DNA of 62,037 nt, counting the filler, from Kipferlia bialata (lineage: Eukaryota), in assembly GCA_003568945.1 (NCBI GenBank). It is 5 parts of 5 records of this genome, joined end to end, with 100 filler letters (N's around TTAATTAATTAA, not from the genome) between each part and the next. Parts side by side here need not be neighbours in the genome. Positions count along the whole stretch, not along the records: positions 1 to 16,850 come from BDIP01000568.1; 4 more parts are not named here. One strand, given 5' to 3'. The notes beneath the pieces were generated by a model, which was given only the letters and a program-made list of their open reading frames with translations, searched no databases and was not told the DNA's origin. Position 1 is the first letter of the stretch, and the number at the start of each line of letters is the position of its first letter. Positions 1 to 13,738 of this stretch are shown piece after piece. The translations under genes and the position numbers were made by a program.

Positions 1-638
1 GGGAGTGTGGCTCTTGGATCTTGTCATCTACGGTACCTGAGGGGTGAGACCTTCAATCACTATTGGTGTTTACAGTATCCACTCTCATACTCTACAGTGT
101 CAGTGACAGATGTTGCCAAGTATGAACTATCCAATTAGGAACCATATACGAGTCGTTACGAACTCTTAGTTACGTAAATATGTATGAGGTGCCTAGACTG
201 CAACACCAAAGAGAGAGCTTGATGTATTGATGGTAATTTAGAGAGCGACAGAATATGTTGTATTGGAGGAACGGCAATGACACAATATGTTCTCGAACCT
301 TAGTAATCTGTTGCCAGTTCACAAGTGCTCAGTGTAGGGTACGGCACGACTTGCAGTGTTCAGCTATATAGAGACTGAGGTGGAGACCTAAAGAGAGCCT
401 TCTGGCTTGCCTCCTCTCAGACACTGTAGTGAAAGGGTTACTGTCGCCATCTACTTTCACTGATGACCATCATCATGCAGTGAACAGCTAACAACCTACA
501 GTCTCACAAGTAGTGTTGTCTCCCACAAAGCTGTAACCATCATTCGGTGCAGCCATACTTTCCAAGGGGGTTTGGCTTTTGGCTTTCTCACAGCAGCTGC
601 GACGCCTTCCATACACACTACCTTCGTAAGTGTTTCAC

Positions 639-1689
639 ATGGACTCTGACTGGTTCCGTGTCATAGCCAAGCAGGCCAAATCTCATGGGAAAGGGTGGGG
701 CCAAGTGCACAGTGTGAGGCCTGGATGTGCTCTGGGTGTCACACGAGACCCACCTCGGTAAGCATCTCTTACGCATATACGCACAGACCCACCTACTACA
801 TCAACACCTTGCAATAGACAGAATAGATGAACATCGCCGCTATCTCACCCTCATGCTTGGGCTCCTGACCCTCCAACCTGACATGTCCCTTGAGGAGACC
901 ATCATACCTCTGCCGGACTGGGGAGAGGGGGTGGTCATGGAGGCCATTCCATCCCCCTTTGGTGTCGTATACGCACTGGTTTCTCACTGTGGTGGTGATA
1001 GTGGACAGCTGCGACTCGACAGTGGAGTCACCAGGACTGATCTCTGGGTCCTGCACTTGGACTCTTTGGAGTGGGAGATGGTCCCTCACAACGAAGGGGA
1101 GACCTGGCCTGCCCCTGCCGCCTATCGGCTGTCAGGGTGTATCGACGGGGATCTTGTGGTGGGTGGTGGCATTGCAAGGGACCAGCACATCCAAGGAGAG
1201 GGATGGAGTAGCCAGGATATCGCGTACGTAAACGACGTTTGGAGGCTCGACCCTGAGAACCTGTACTGGCGCCAGTTTTCAATATGTATCCCGAAAGACG
1301 CGCAATACGGATACAGGTTACATACATTCGCCGTGCAGGGAGGGGCCATATATGACATGAGTGGGTGTTGGATCTCTTGTATATCAGATAAACATGGCTT
1401 TGTCAGCGTCTGCCGCCCTGGAGACATCCATGCCACAACTGCACGGGGAACAGTGGCAGTTGGTAAGGTGGTGTGTGCATTTGGATCACATGATGCAGTT
1501 GGGTACATGTGTGTCTATGACCCGCTTACCGAGGCATACTCCCCTATGTTGCCAGGGGGACCAGAGCACTGGGTCCGGTCTGCATGTATGCTAGACCCTA
1601 CAACAATGCTACTTCTTACTTCGGCAGGACACCTGGTTCTGGCGGATGTCGACCTGGATGTACTTTCGAGCTCTCTGTGGGAGATGTAG
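639..1689 (+). CDS. Kelch-like beta-propeller protein (2 exons)
   Basis: ATG at 639; the GT-AG intron 758-821 joins it in frame to ORF 727-1689. Kelch-type motifs: DLWVLHLDSLEWE, LVVGGG, NDVWRLDPENLYW, VYDPLTEAY. Confidence 0.7.
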
Positions 1690-2228
1690 GGAGTATTACT
1701 ACTTCAGTGGGCGTATCTATGGGACCACTCACAGACTACGGGTGGTTACCATCCCTAAGGCCGGCACTGTATCTCAATGAGTAGCACACAAGTTGCTTGG
1801 ATCAATCCGTCAGAGACTGTGACGTAGAATCGTGAGATCTCAGATCTCATATATCAGATACCATAGCAATATGTCTTTGGATGAGTTCAATGAGGTCATT
1901 AGTCTAATGACTCATTAGAGTACCAATGACAACATCAATAGACAGTCAAATCAAACGGTTTGATATAAACCCATGAACTTGTCACCCCCCAATGACACTG
2001 GGATTATACCAGTCAGTGTGAGTCAGCTATACATAGATCTGCTATTGGACTCTATGTGGCTGATTCTATAATATCACTATTCCGATAATGTCGGCGATAT
2101 GCCTCCCATCACCTATATTCCTTCACCAACTCAAGTGCTGACTGGCACAATATTTCTATTTCCAATAGTACTATACTCAATTTAGCTGACTCTATACATT
2201 GACACTATTCCGATCTCCCTCCTATCTC

Positions 2229-3209
2229 CTATTGCCCTCCATCAAGTTGAGTGCCTAGTACCCTGTTTGGTGCCACCCCTGCCCATCTCATGCCGCAATG
2301 GGGATACAGAAGGGCAGGGTCGAGCACAGCTAGCATGTGTCTGTGGGTGTCATCGGTTTTCCCATCAGACCTGCGCAGAACCAGAGTGTGGCTAGGGTCC
2401 ATGTGACAGTACATACGATATCCAGGTGACTCCCCCCACTGCTGCCACTCTCCACTTATCGTGTCATAGGCCACTATCTCCAACTGCGGCATCCCCCCAA
2501 CGAAGCGCGACTGTGTGAGACCGACAATTAGAGAACCAACCGGATACATGCCACATACATTCCTGCACAAGGCTGGAACACTCTCAACCTCGGACCATCC
2601 CTCTCTCAAGGAAAACCGGACCAGACCACGTCTGCCGAAACAGTATGCAGTCTCGTTAACAACAGCCACATTGGAATGGTGAAAACCCAGAGTTGGTGTC
2701 GGACATCGCATCCGCACCCATCCGGCTGCCTCGTTATCAGTGTCCAACACAAAGGTGGCATACTTGCCCAAATTGCCTGATCCTGTGAAGAACAGACAGC
2801 CAGACAGCTGGAATGGCGTCATCCAACATGTTTCATACTGCTCATCTTCCCCTTTCTGCTCTGAACCCCAGAAGCGGGGCCAGTCAGGACACTCATGGAG
2901 TACAGGGGTGTGGTTGTCCAGGGAGACAATGCGCATCCTCCTGACCTCTTTTACGTCGTAAAAGTACACCCTCCCGCCATGGTAAAACAAAACATCTTCA
3001 GAATCCATCCCAGCGACTGCCTCTGCAGATACAGACATGTCCGAGTGTAGCCTGCACAACATAACTTCCTTCGTCCTGAATGAGTTCATCATGACCTTTG
3101 AGTCAGAAGTAGTAAAAGGTAACAATAGGATGTAGTAGTCAGTTGACGAGTGATCACACCATACATGCGTATGGAGTGTGGTATCATAGCTACTGAGAAC
3201 AGAGTACAT
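2229..3209 (-). CDS. Kelch-like beta-propeller protein
   Basis: 326-aa ORF with AVVNETAYCFG, AYDTISGEWQQW and a C-terminal LYPHCGMRWA. Start codon uncertain (3209 or about 3092). Confidence 0.65.
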   Translation of the reverse strand: MYSVLSSYDTTLHTHVWCDHSSTDYYILLLPFTTSDSKVMMNSFRTKEVMLCRLHSDMSVSAEAVAGMDSEDVLFYHGGRVYFYDVKEVRRMRIVSLDNHTPVLHECPDWPRFWGSEQKGEDEQYETCWMTPFQLSGCLFFTGSGNLGKYATFVLDTDNEAAGWVRMRCPTPTLGFHHSNVAVVNETAYCFGRRGLVRFSLREGWSEVESVPALCRNVCGMYPVGSLIVGLTQSRFVGGMPQLEIVAYDTISGEWQQWGESPGYRMYCHMDPSHTLVLRRSDGKTDDTHRHMLAVLDPALLYPHCGMRWAGVAPNRVLGTQLDGGQ

Positions 3210-3227
3210 CAGTCCCCTGGAGAGGGT

Positions 3228-3692
3228 CTAGAAGAGGGAGTACTCACCTCGTTGTGTCCTACACTTAGACGCTTGTTCCCAGCAATCCCCATACCAGGTG
3301 GCACAGACCCCATCAGAGGGAAGAACTCGAAGAATGGTTCCCTCGATGCTGGATTGAGGACTGCAATGGTGACTGGTACATTCACAATCATCAAGGGATA
3401 TACCACCACATATCAACACTCACAAAGGACGTCAACTGTACCTGAACTAGAAGAGGGTGGGGCTGGCATCTCTGGGGAGACCTGGGTATGAGAGAGAGAG
3501 ACTAGAGGGATGCCATGAGTATAGGTCAGAGACGCTGACAGAGCGATGAGTGATGACAGAATAGTTAGGCGTGGCAATGTCTTTTGGAAATTCAAGTGGA
3601 ATTATACTGTTACAGCATGACAGTCTGACACCAACCAGTGAAGGACAGCAATGGGGCGGGGGGGGGGGGGGGGGGGGAATGGGGGGGGGGGG

Positions 3693-3735
<43 letters not shown>

Positions 3736-4321
3736 GAGAAACAGTTCACTTCAGTCAAGACCGAACGAGAGTGAGTGCAGAGAGACTGGGGATCAATAGA
3801 TCTAATGAGACATACCGCACATTGAGTGAGTAAAAGAGTGAAATCTAGTCAACGCCATTCAAAGTACGGACAAGTCAACACTGAATAAGAAACAATCACA
3901 AAGTAAAGAAGTAAGACACAGACTAGCGATACCCATACATGCAACACTGGCAGCACAGAGGTACATATGGGGTAGAGGCATATGTATAGGCACTCACTGT
4001 TGTCTGTGCCGGAAGGATTGCCAAGAACCACATAGTTCTGATTCCAGGCATAGGTCTCGCCGTGGTTCGTCTCTGCACCCTGGTCAAGAACCGCGGCCTG
4101 GACCAGAGCGTACCTGGAAGGGTGAGATGTGAGGATAAAGCCAAGATGGGTTGAGCGCATGACTATATATGAATGAGGGTCAGATATGGTCCAGTTGACA
4201 AATCCAAATAGAGTTTCCTTCCACACCCGCCATTATCCCCGCCAAGTGCATATTCTGCAAGCACAGTCCCTATGAGGAGCAACCACACCGCTAGTAGCAG
4301 CAGAAGGCGCCCCACCAACAT
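3228..4321 (-). CDS. Putative secreted protein, possibly degenerate; exon structure unresolved
   Basis: ATG at 4321 gives the signal-peptide-like MLVGRLLLLLAVWLLLIGTVLA-EY. The next exon YALVQAAVLDQGAETNHGETYAWNQNYVVLGNPSGTDN has AG/GT bounds. Downstream exons could not be joined unambiguously. Confidence 0.35.
3655..3734. repeat. Poly-G tract (poly-C on the gene's sense strand)
   Basis: About 80-nt interrupted G homopolymer, seen directly. Confidence 0.95.
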
Positions 4322-4918
4322 GAGTGCTGGTTGGTTCGCAGCAAGAGAGACATCTTTGTTTCGATGAAACAAGCTTATCCTTGACATTGTGATGTCTGAC
4401 TAAGTTTGATCATTTTGGAACCAATTTAGTCAATTCATAAACTCCCTTGGGAGTCCCAAGTTGTAGAATGCAAGAGACTGTATCATTGTGAACAGTTTAC
4501 ATTGCAACAATGTTAGTCCTGTGGGTCCAATGGGATCTTCCTGTGTGAATGTACTGCCAGAGAATGAAGCTGATATGCATCATCATATCTCCCGCTATTC
4601 AGACCTCCCCTGTGGATTGTGTGTCTATTGTCTGGCGCTGCCTTCGTCGCAACAGAAGACGGAAACCATACTCGAAGAACCAGAAGTATCCAAGAGTAGT
4701 GAGAAGATACAGTAATAGGAGAGACTGAGAGTCTACAACAATTGACGACGTCATTTTGACAGTGTTGAAATTGATACCCGAGTCTCTAGCACAATAGATG
4801 CCCTCGTGGGAGAACACCGCTCCGAGATTCTGGACGACAGTCCCCTTGCGTATTACCCCCTCTACTTCATCCACTGAGTATATCGAGACGAGATTGAACT
4901 TGTTCACTTCTTTGCAGA

Positions 4919-7900
4919 ATGATTGCTATCAGGGTATGAGATTTAGTGTGTACTGGACAAGTACACTCTTACTACGATATGTATATATATGTGTGTGTAT
5001 ATAGTAGGATATAGTACTACACTGTACATATGTGTGTGTGTGTAACGATATACTATGTGGGAGTCTTACCACAGGGTGTAGTGCTGACCCATATAGCACA
5101 CCTGGTAGCCGTCTGTACAGTGCTCCTGACAGGACATATCAACGGTAGCGACCACGATACCCAAGTCATGTGCCTGCAAGTCACCACCCTCACTCTCATA
5201 TCTGTATACACGCGCAGGACAGAGAGGCGTTCCAAGACGGAACCTGCCTCTAGACCTGTGAATATACACACCCTTGCCTTGGGATCCATGTGGCTGAATA
5301 CAGTGTTGTCCTCTTCCCATCATCTCATCCCATCCTGGCTAGTTAGAGGTCGCATGATCTCAGTGTTGACAGTCCTATGCCACCTGTCTACCCTTCCTGT
5401 AGTGTACTGCACTTTCCTGCAGATCACTAGCGATGTCAGGGCAAGTGCCCCTTGGAGTACACTGACCACCGCAGTACTAGGCCTCACCATCATATCCAGT
5501 GCCTCTCCTATGTGGAACGGACATAGGGCATACAGTCTCCAAGCTCTCTGCCTGTTGGTCAGTACTGTCTTTTGTTGGGTCACTCCTATATACACACACC
5601 CACTTGCTGTGTGGGTGGCGGAGGGTGAGTACTCTGTTGATGCCGGGCCAAGTGTGCCAGATACAGTCGTAAGGGTGTGTACACGGTACCTGCGACTGTG
5701 GCAGAGGGGGGGTCTACCTGAGTCTTCTGATACAAACCGTGACAAGTTGGTAGAGGACCTGGTCTCCGAGCTGCTGGAGGTCTTCCACTCTGAATCTGAG
5801 TCTGACGGTCACCTTTGGTCCAAGCAGTGTGCACGACTGGAAGGGTCCCACTCTAGTGTGGAGAGAGAAGATGTGTTGCAGGACCTGACAGTTAGTGTAC
5901 TGGTACAACACTACAAGGGCAGAGAGTCATACTCTGTTGAACCACAGGGAGCTCCCATCAGTCTTTTGGCTCTCGTTGCAGTGCCACTTCTCTGCAGACT
6001 GCCTTTAGGGCAGACACTCCACAGAATAGCAGTTAACCAATGTGGGTCAGTTCTGTCTAGTTGCCTAGGACCTTGTATGCCGAGTCACTGGGCTACTACC
6101 GTTCCTGTCTCTAGGGAAGCCGCCCCAGACGACAAGACCGTACAGGGAACGGACCAGCTGCTCTCTGTGCTTGAGGTATGTATGTAAGGTCTCTATGTAC
6201 TACACTACAAGATATCCGTCTTAGCCATCAGGCACTGATACTGGACCCTACCTTCCTGGTAATGAGAGAGAGCCTCACTGCACTGTCTACATCAGTATTC
6301 CACCACAGCCTCTACACGGCACGGGACAGCCAGGTGCCTGACAACCTGCAGGAGTGCATGAGTAGACGCATGAGTGTGTATAACACCACAGAGACCATCA
6401 TGCAACAGGCAGTCAATGTGCCCACATTCCAGGTTAGGGATGTCAGTCATTGTAGTATACACGCATCATATCCGTACTCTGCTGAGAATAGGTTGGCACA
6501 GTTGGCGAGACTGCACTGCCAAGCCCTGTAGGAGACACTCTCACTAAGAGCCTGAGCGATATGGCTTCGCCTTCGTCTTCAGATAACGAGCCCACCACCT
6601 CTGACTCCTCAAGAGAGGACACCGACATAGACTGGGAGACCACCATGCCGTATCCCTTCTCCAGTCTGCCCCTTGGGTTCCTCGATCACCACACGGCTGC
6701 AGTGGCTGCTCCCCATATATCAATGGTATCCACCGGAGACGCCACGATCCCACTGAAACCACCTCGCGGCAGGATCGATAGCGCCAGGCCACTGAGAGCT
6801 AGCTTCATGAGTGCATTCCACACTGGTACAGCGTAGTCTAGTAGAGGCTCTACTAGAGCCATCTCCTCATAGCTATATCCATATTCCTCGTCGATCATTC
6901 CATGACTAGTCATAGTATCTCTGTATGCTTCTCATTACAGGCCCAAATGTCAACAGTCTCAAGGTGGTTCTCTACCGCACATGGCTGTACCTCATTGGTG
7001 TCCACGACAAAGTGGGAGAGACAGCTGCCCTCTCTGCATTCCCACGGGACATCCACCCATCAGACCTCCCCAAGGTGACCGTGTCTGAGTATATAGTCGT
7101 CGTGTAGCCTATGGTATACAACACATGTCTGACATCACATGTTTGCTAAGTATCAGGTCTACGAAGCCCTGGACAGAGCCTGTGAGACCGGCACATACTA
7201 CATCGAGTTTAGGATGCTGGTACCTTTGGAGAGGGGATCCTATGTGTACATGCGGTCTGTCGGGTAAGAATAGGAGAAGCAGTACAAAATAATCTTTGCA
7301 AGATGTCAAACTACCTATCAGGTCCATTGTCAGATACGACCAGCACTCTGGCAAGGCCATGTTGCTAGCTGGCTACAACGAGAAGCTACCCTATCCTGAT
7401 GCACCTGCCCTCGCTGGCTCTGGTCCCCTTCCACTCCACGGCTCTCTCTCCCTCACGGCGTCAATCAGTCCAGAATGTCCAAAGCGGGCAACATCAGATG
7501 AGACTTGCCTGTCTCTGCGCTCCTTCCAGAGGCCAAAGTCCCCTCCGGTGAATCCTGGCGCTATCACCAAGTATCTCACAACAACACTCTTGGCCCATCG
7601 TCACCCAGGTAAAGTGAATGGCATATTCGTTTAGGTGTTGACTCTCGATAGCAAAGCCGCCCTAAATTCTGTGTATAATACTGGACTTGACACTGATTCT
7701 GATGTCTATACTGACACCAGGCAGGAGACACAGAGTACCGGTCATCCCTGGGGGAATGTGTCACAAGGTCTCAACCCTCATCAGCTGCGAGCATTGTGTG
7801 GACCAGATCATCAACAAGTTCTACCAGCTTCTAGGTTCGACTGGTTACTCCACAGTTTCTCCTGGAACCTGAGACTCCTCGCATGGCAACAGTCACTACT

Positions 7901-9822
7901 CCTTCTCGTCGCTATTGACTTACAATCAGCAGACCAGGGGGCAAGAAGACTACTCGAAGGATCCCTCACTGATGTTGCATTTGATGCTCACTCTTTCGAT
8001 GCCAAAGTTGGTGGCTTTGGGTTTGGGTGAGTAGTATGTACACGCCTTGTCCTAGGAATCCAGCTCAGACTATGGAGATCGTGTGACCAGAACCTAACAC
8101 CAGGTGGCTCTTTCTGTTTGCCCATCTGAACCTTCCAGTGAGTTCAAACCCACTCTCTAGCATACCCACACGCTCCCTGGTCAAAGCACTATTCAGCATG
8201 TACAGGTTAGGAAAGTGTGCAGCTCACAAGTGTCATCGTTAATACTGACTGACGATACAAACCTCTATAACCTATACTCTTCTCAATGTATGTAGGCAGA
8301 TGCCAACCTGTTCAGCATGTACGGGTGAGGGTTGTTGCTGCACACACATATACGATATTCTCTACTTCCGGTGTCACAATATAATGTATAATGTATAATG
8401 TATAATGTATAATGTATAATGTATAATGTATAATNNTAATGTATAATGTATAATGTATAATGTATAATGTATAATGTATAATGTATAATGTCATAACGAG
8501 TAACATTCTCTCTGAGACAATCTCAGTACAGCACTTGCCGCTCCAACCCCTTCCACAACTCAGTGCACGCCCTGGATACGTTGCAACTGGCATTCCTTCT
8601 TAGTAGAAGCCACCCTCACGAAACACAGCTGTTCCTTCCCACACCACTTGTTCTCCTGTGTATGCTTGCAGCTGTGGGTATGGACATGGACCACCCAGGC
8701 GTGGCAGAGGACTACCTGGTAGCAAGCGACCACCCCCTCAGCGTCATGCACGGTAGGAAGAACCCCATCAGAAACCAGGTTAGCACACAATGGAATACTA
8801 AGATATGTCTTCGACAGTCCTCTTCTCACCCAGGCGGCCGCACTGACAGCTATAATCCTGGCTGAGTGCGGGGTATACAAGGCCTCACCTGGCACTGTGG
8901 CGTTCATCTGTTCTCTTATCAAGGCCACACACCAGTCAAAGCTCAAGGCTACACTCTTTGGTCTCCGGTCCAGGCAGCAGCAGCGTCCCAGTGCCGGTAT
9001 ATACCTTGGCTCCCAACAGGAGGAGGAGGCAATGCCATCTGCACTGGCTAATCCAAGTGGGGACGTAGGTACTGACTTGAATTCCTCTCATACATGAGTG
9101 TGTTCTGATGGGACTTTTCAATTGCCCAAACTCGGTTGTAGCAATTGATACCATGGTATGATTTGTTTCGACAATTTGTAGCGATCGCAGACTCATCGGC
9201 CAGGCCACATCCAGACCCTGATAGCCCAAGCAGTGGTCATAACAGCCAGCCACGCACACACCATAAGACCCTGGATGGTAGCTCGCAGGCAAGTTGCTCC
9301 TCACTCTTTCAGGTTCTACGTACACCACAATATCTGTGGTGCCCTTGAATCAGTGCTCTGAATACTTGCAATCTCACTCTAGATTTGGGCACTCCTTGAT
9401 GCAGGAGGAGTTTGACTCTGGGGACCTTGAGGCCGCCGCAGGCTTCATTGTACCAGCTAGACACCGGAGAGAAGGTCAGCAACATGTATATACGTACATA
9501 TGTGTTGCTTTTCCCTTATGTGCCAGGTGTGGACCCCGAGGTGACTACCAGTGTGTGCCAGGCGATGCTGATAGAGCGGACAGCGCTGCCTCTCCTGAAG
9601 GGTCTATCTGGGTACTGCCGCAGACTAGGTCTTGCTAGGACATCACGGCTAGTGCATAAGTTGGCAGAGAGAGCCAGGGATAACATGGAGAGGTGGAGAC
9701 AGTCGAGGGGTCCATCATGGCTGGAGGACAAGGCGCTGGAGAAGGTGCTAGATACAAGAGAGACCCTGGCCCAAGACCTGGAGGGCGCAGGGGTGGGACC
9801 ACTTGGAGATGTGGTCGAGTAG
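4919..9822 (+). CDS. Large multi-exon hypothetical protein with N-terminal hydrophobic segments
   Basis: MIAIR|GVVLTHIAHLVAVC joins ORF 5030-6187. Successive GT-AG-bounded exons follow (DIRLSHQ..., VGTVGET..., PNVNSLK..., VYEALDR..., HALDTLQ..., ...GPLGDVVE*). No family recognised; could be two genes. Confidence 0.5.
8381..8491. repeat. (ATAATGT)n 7-mer tandem repeat, about 15 copies, intronic
   Basis: Near-perfect 7-mer array with a 2-N gap at 8435-8436. Confidence 0.95.
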
Positions 9823-10033
9823 GACACTCTCACAGAGTGTGTGAGAAAGGCGTTCTTGGTCGGCTAGTTACCCGAGAGTCCAATAGGTTAGAATAGATGT
9901 GATGCATCACTACAATGACAACTCCAACTGGTAGTGTGACGAGTTGTAACACTCAATGTCACTTACAACGACATATCTATTCCTTACACATTCAACACGC
10001 TAACTCTTTCACCGACGATCGCCCTTATTATCT

Positions 10034-13000
10034 CTACCTAAACTCCCCGCTCTGCCACTTTCCATTGAGCTGTGCCTCCCCTGATGAGTCTAGACCCGAG
10101 GATGTGGCAGGGGTCTCACCCAGCACCCTGATACCACCAGCTACGGTTAGAGAGACATCAGTACGCAGATACACATGACATACTCAATACATAAGAGAGT
10201 AGTCACTTCCACTGACACTCAGATATATATGAATGTGTATATGTATTCACACCTCTACTAGAGGCTCTAGCAGTGGAAGTGGATCCAAAGCCCTCGACAG
10301 GCACAGGAGCTGCGGCCTCTGGGATTGTGTATACACCTGCACCACCCGTGCCCACACCTGCTGCAACGCCACCAGGCTGGGGTTAGAGTGTCATAACATG
10401 ACATCTACCATAAATACTATTATGTATACTTATACACTGTCATACATGAGGTGCCGCTGTGTCGCATTTGACACAGTCAATATGTATATACGTACAAGCA
10501 GTAGTATAGACAGTAGCTTCATGTATATATATATACCCCCTTGCCTGCGGTCCCTCTGTGTCACATGGGGCACAGGGTGCCTGGGTGCGGATGGGGTTGG
10601 GGATCTTGAGGGGTGAGAGGGAGAGTATGCGAGAGACAGAGTAGTAAGAGGGGTTTGTGTGTCTAGGATACCTGCTCGGGTAGGGTGGAGGGATACAAGG
10701 CTGTGTTGGTGTCTGTCAGCCACTGGTCCAGGATGTGCTATGGTGAGGTTAGACTAGTAACATACTACCATGGACTATATAGAGTGTAGTCTACACTGGT
10801 GACTACCCACCTGAACCTTGGATGCCTTTGCGGCTGAGACTGGGTCTCTAAGGACAGAGACTAGGCCATTGCCAGCCAGCACAACCACGTTGGTGCCTGC
10901 CATGAATGAATGAAGAAACACAACAAGTATCCAAGGCGACTACACTGTAGTTCTTGACATAAGTACCAGAGACCGATCTACCAGCACTTGAAGTGGCAAA
11001 TACTAACTACCTGTAGCAGTGGTCTGGGGTGTGACTGCCACGATGACCCCCCTGTCAATGGACATGGAGGTGACCTACAGGGTGAGAGTATGAGATGACC
11101 GTTCATGTGTGTCGGTAACATAACATATTTCAGCGAACGGACGTGTCCTGAGGTGATGCGGATGAGTAGAGAAGTCATGAAGATTCCAAAGCTAGGGCAT
11201 ATATTGGGGAGCTAGTACGGTTAGCTACCGTATTAGTAATACTGTTACTCCCACCTGTCCGTCTGAGTACCGAGACTTAGTGGACACGTAGAGTCTGTGT
11301 CTGTCCACAGAGATGAGGGTGACGTGGGGGTGGTGGGCAAGGTATCTACAGTTAGGATCAAGAGAGGGAGTGGGAGAGAGAGAGAGAGATGAGGGTGACA
11401 TGGGGGTGGTGGGCAAGGTATCTGCACTAAGAGGGAGATAGACAGAGAGATAGACAGAGAGGGAGAGAGAGGGCAGTTCCCACACCAAATGCCACAGAGT
11501 ATCTAGATAGAGAAAGAGACAAACTAGTAGAGTTCTGTGTATGATATTCCACTCACACCATGACCCCCCAGGCCAGTATGGGCAGAGGCATTCCAAAGAA
11601 CAGCAGCATGACACATAGGAACATGGTGGCCTGGGTGTGAGAGGAACACCTGAGAGAGAACGTATCTATATGTATATAAAACCCACCGTCTGTGTCAGCA
11701 AGAGGTTCCTCGACGGCACAACCTTGCCCCTCTGCTTGTATAGGGTGGTAGACCCAATGGGAGCAGCTAGCGTCGGCATCTCAGGGATCACTGGCTCGAG
11801 AGCGACATCTCGATGGAAGCGAGTGGTGTGAACCTGCACCCAAAGAGAAACCCTCAAATCCAAGGAAAATGTGACATGTGACATGTTGCATGTCACAACG
11901 CGATGCCAAATGTGTCTCAGAATCAGTTAATATTTCTGAATCACTAAACAAAACCACCAAGTGTGATTGCGGGGCCAAATACCTTGCAGAGAACGGCAAG
12001 GGGGTGAGACACAATGCAGATACTGGGAGTATGGAGAGGGGGAGGGGAGTACACGACTACACCTGTACTATCACTGTCTATTCTGTGACACTGGCAGTGA
12101 CAGTCTGCCCTCTGTCTGATAGGAGTCAAGCTGTTAGTATTCTGATCATTCAACACTCATCCCACTGACAGCTCTCACGAATCACGAAGGGCTTCAACAA
12201 TACAGAAGGATCCCTGCGTGAGAGTCTCACAACCACTCTCTAGTACACAGTGAGCCTGTTGCCTGATGCCCAGCCCTTGAACCTGCTGGAGAGACTAGCA
12301 TCCGGGCACACACTCTGCATGGTGACACCCTGGAAGGTAATGGTGCCTCTGACACTGCAGCCTGGGCCGCACCTTGTGTCAGTGTAAGTATATATATATA
12401 TACATATTTATAAATATGGTAATGAATACTACTACATGCCAGGCAGATAGGTGGAGTCACACGAGTTAGAAGACGCCAGAGAGGGAAGAGGGGATACAAT
12501 AGCACCAAGATATTACAGCAGGTCATAGTTCATGTACAATGTGGATACTGGGATTCATCCATATATATGTGTGTGTGTGTGAATGTTCGTGAGTGTATCA
12601 ACACATGGGTAATGACCTGGGGGCTGTGTGCTCTGTCAGTTCCCATGCTGTGAGGATGGTCGTCAGACACGACACCTGCTGAGTAAGTGACATATTGATC
12701 TTAGCATTTGAGAACAAGTTGGATTAAGCTTAGGTCATATCCTAAGACTGGACACCTGCTGAGTTAGTATTGTTTCTATTAGTTGAGTAGGTTGGCCTTA
12801 TCTTTAGACTGGTAGCACACCTGCTATGTTAGTGCTGATCACACTAATTACTATCATAGTTATACCTGCTCCTGGGAGATATGGGACACGTCAACCTCGA
12901 CGTCCTTACCCCACTCCTCATAGAGCCTCTCAACCTAAAGGTCAGTGGCACTACATTATTAGTATGTACTCTTCAAGTGAGGTATATTTATGTGTCAGAG

Positions 13001-13390
13001 ACACACGGGGTCTGCCCCACTCCTATTAGAGCACTTCAACCTATAAGTGTCCAGTCTACATATTGCATATTATTATATATAGTTAATGTGTCAGTTATAC
13101 TCTGGGAAGAGTTGGAGGAGGGGGGGGGGTCAGAGAGGGACAGAGGAGTGAGGAGAGAGAATCATGTACGTGTCACTTTCATGTAGTGTGTATTGACATG
13201 TGCCTTAACACTAAGAAATGCTCGACTGCCACAGTAATACTTGACACAAACCGTTAGAACAGGAGGACGTTAACGTAATAAGGAGCGGTATAAGGTGTTT
13301 GCCTGTATACACAGAAAATTACAATCTACCTCACCTTACCATCTTCGTATACTCTCCAGTGGGAGGAGTTGGAGTCACCGTATCCTCCAT
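10034..13390 (-). CDS. Multi-exon hypothetical protein
   Basis: Spliceable exons include MEDTVTPTPPTGEYTKM, VERLYEEWGKDVEVDVSHISQEQ, VSCLTTILTAWELTEHTAPQ, VTSMSIDRGVIVAVTPQ and the terminal ...NGKWQSGEFR*. Boundaries approximate. Confidence 0.45.
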
Positions 13391-13738
13391 TAATCAATGA
13401 CTAATGTGTTGCTTTATTGATGTTAAGCTGCCAAGCCATTAGCGGTACTTGCAATGCCGCTAACGATCATCATACACTAACGACTACTACCACAGGATAA
13501 TGAATGGGGCCCAATAGAAAGAACGAATGCTAGCACAGAGATGAGATCAGACTGAGATACTGATAGTACTGATAGCGATTCCATCCCGGCGACCATCTGC
13601 TGAGTGCTCTGCATACAGGTCCCAAATCAGGCTGACTCTCTGGATATAGACAGTGTGTGTCCTACAGCCACTCAAGAGATGCCTGTGCCTGTCATTTCTG
13701 CATATGATATGCAGCGCATATATCTGATCAAATCTGCA

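Noticed and set aside
3447..3774. Poly-Pro/poly-Gly ORFs and the many YIYI/SLSL ORFs in the track
   Set aside because: Translations of homopolymer and microsatellite tracts.
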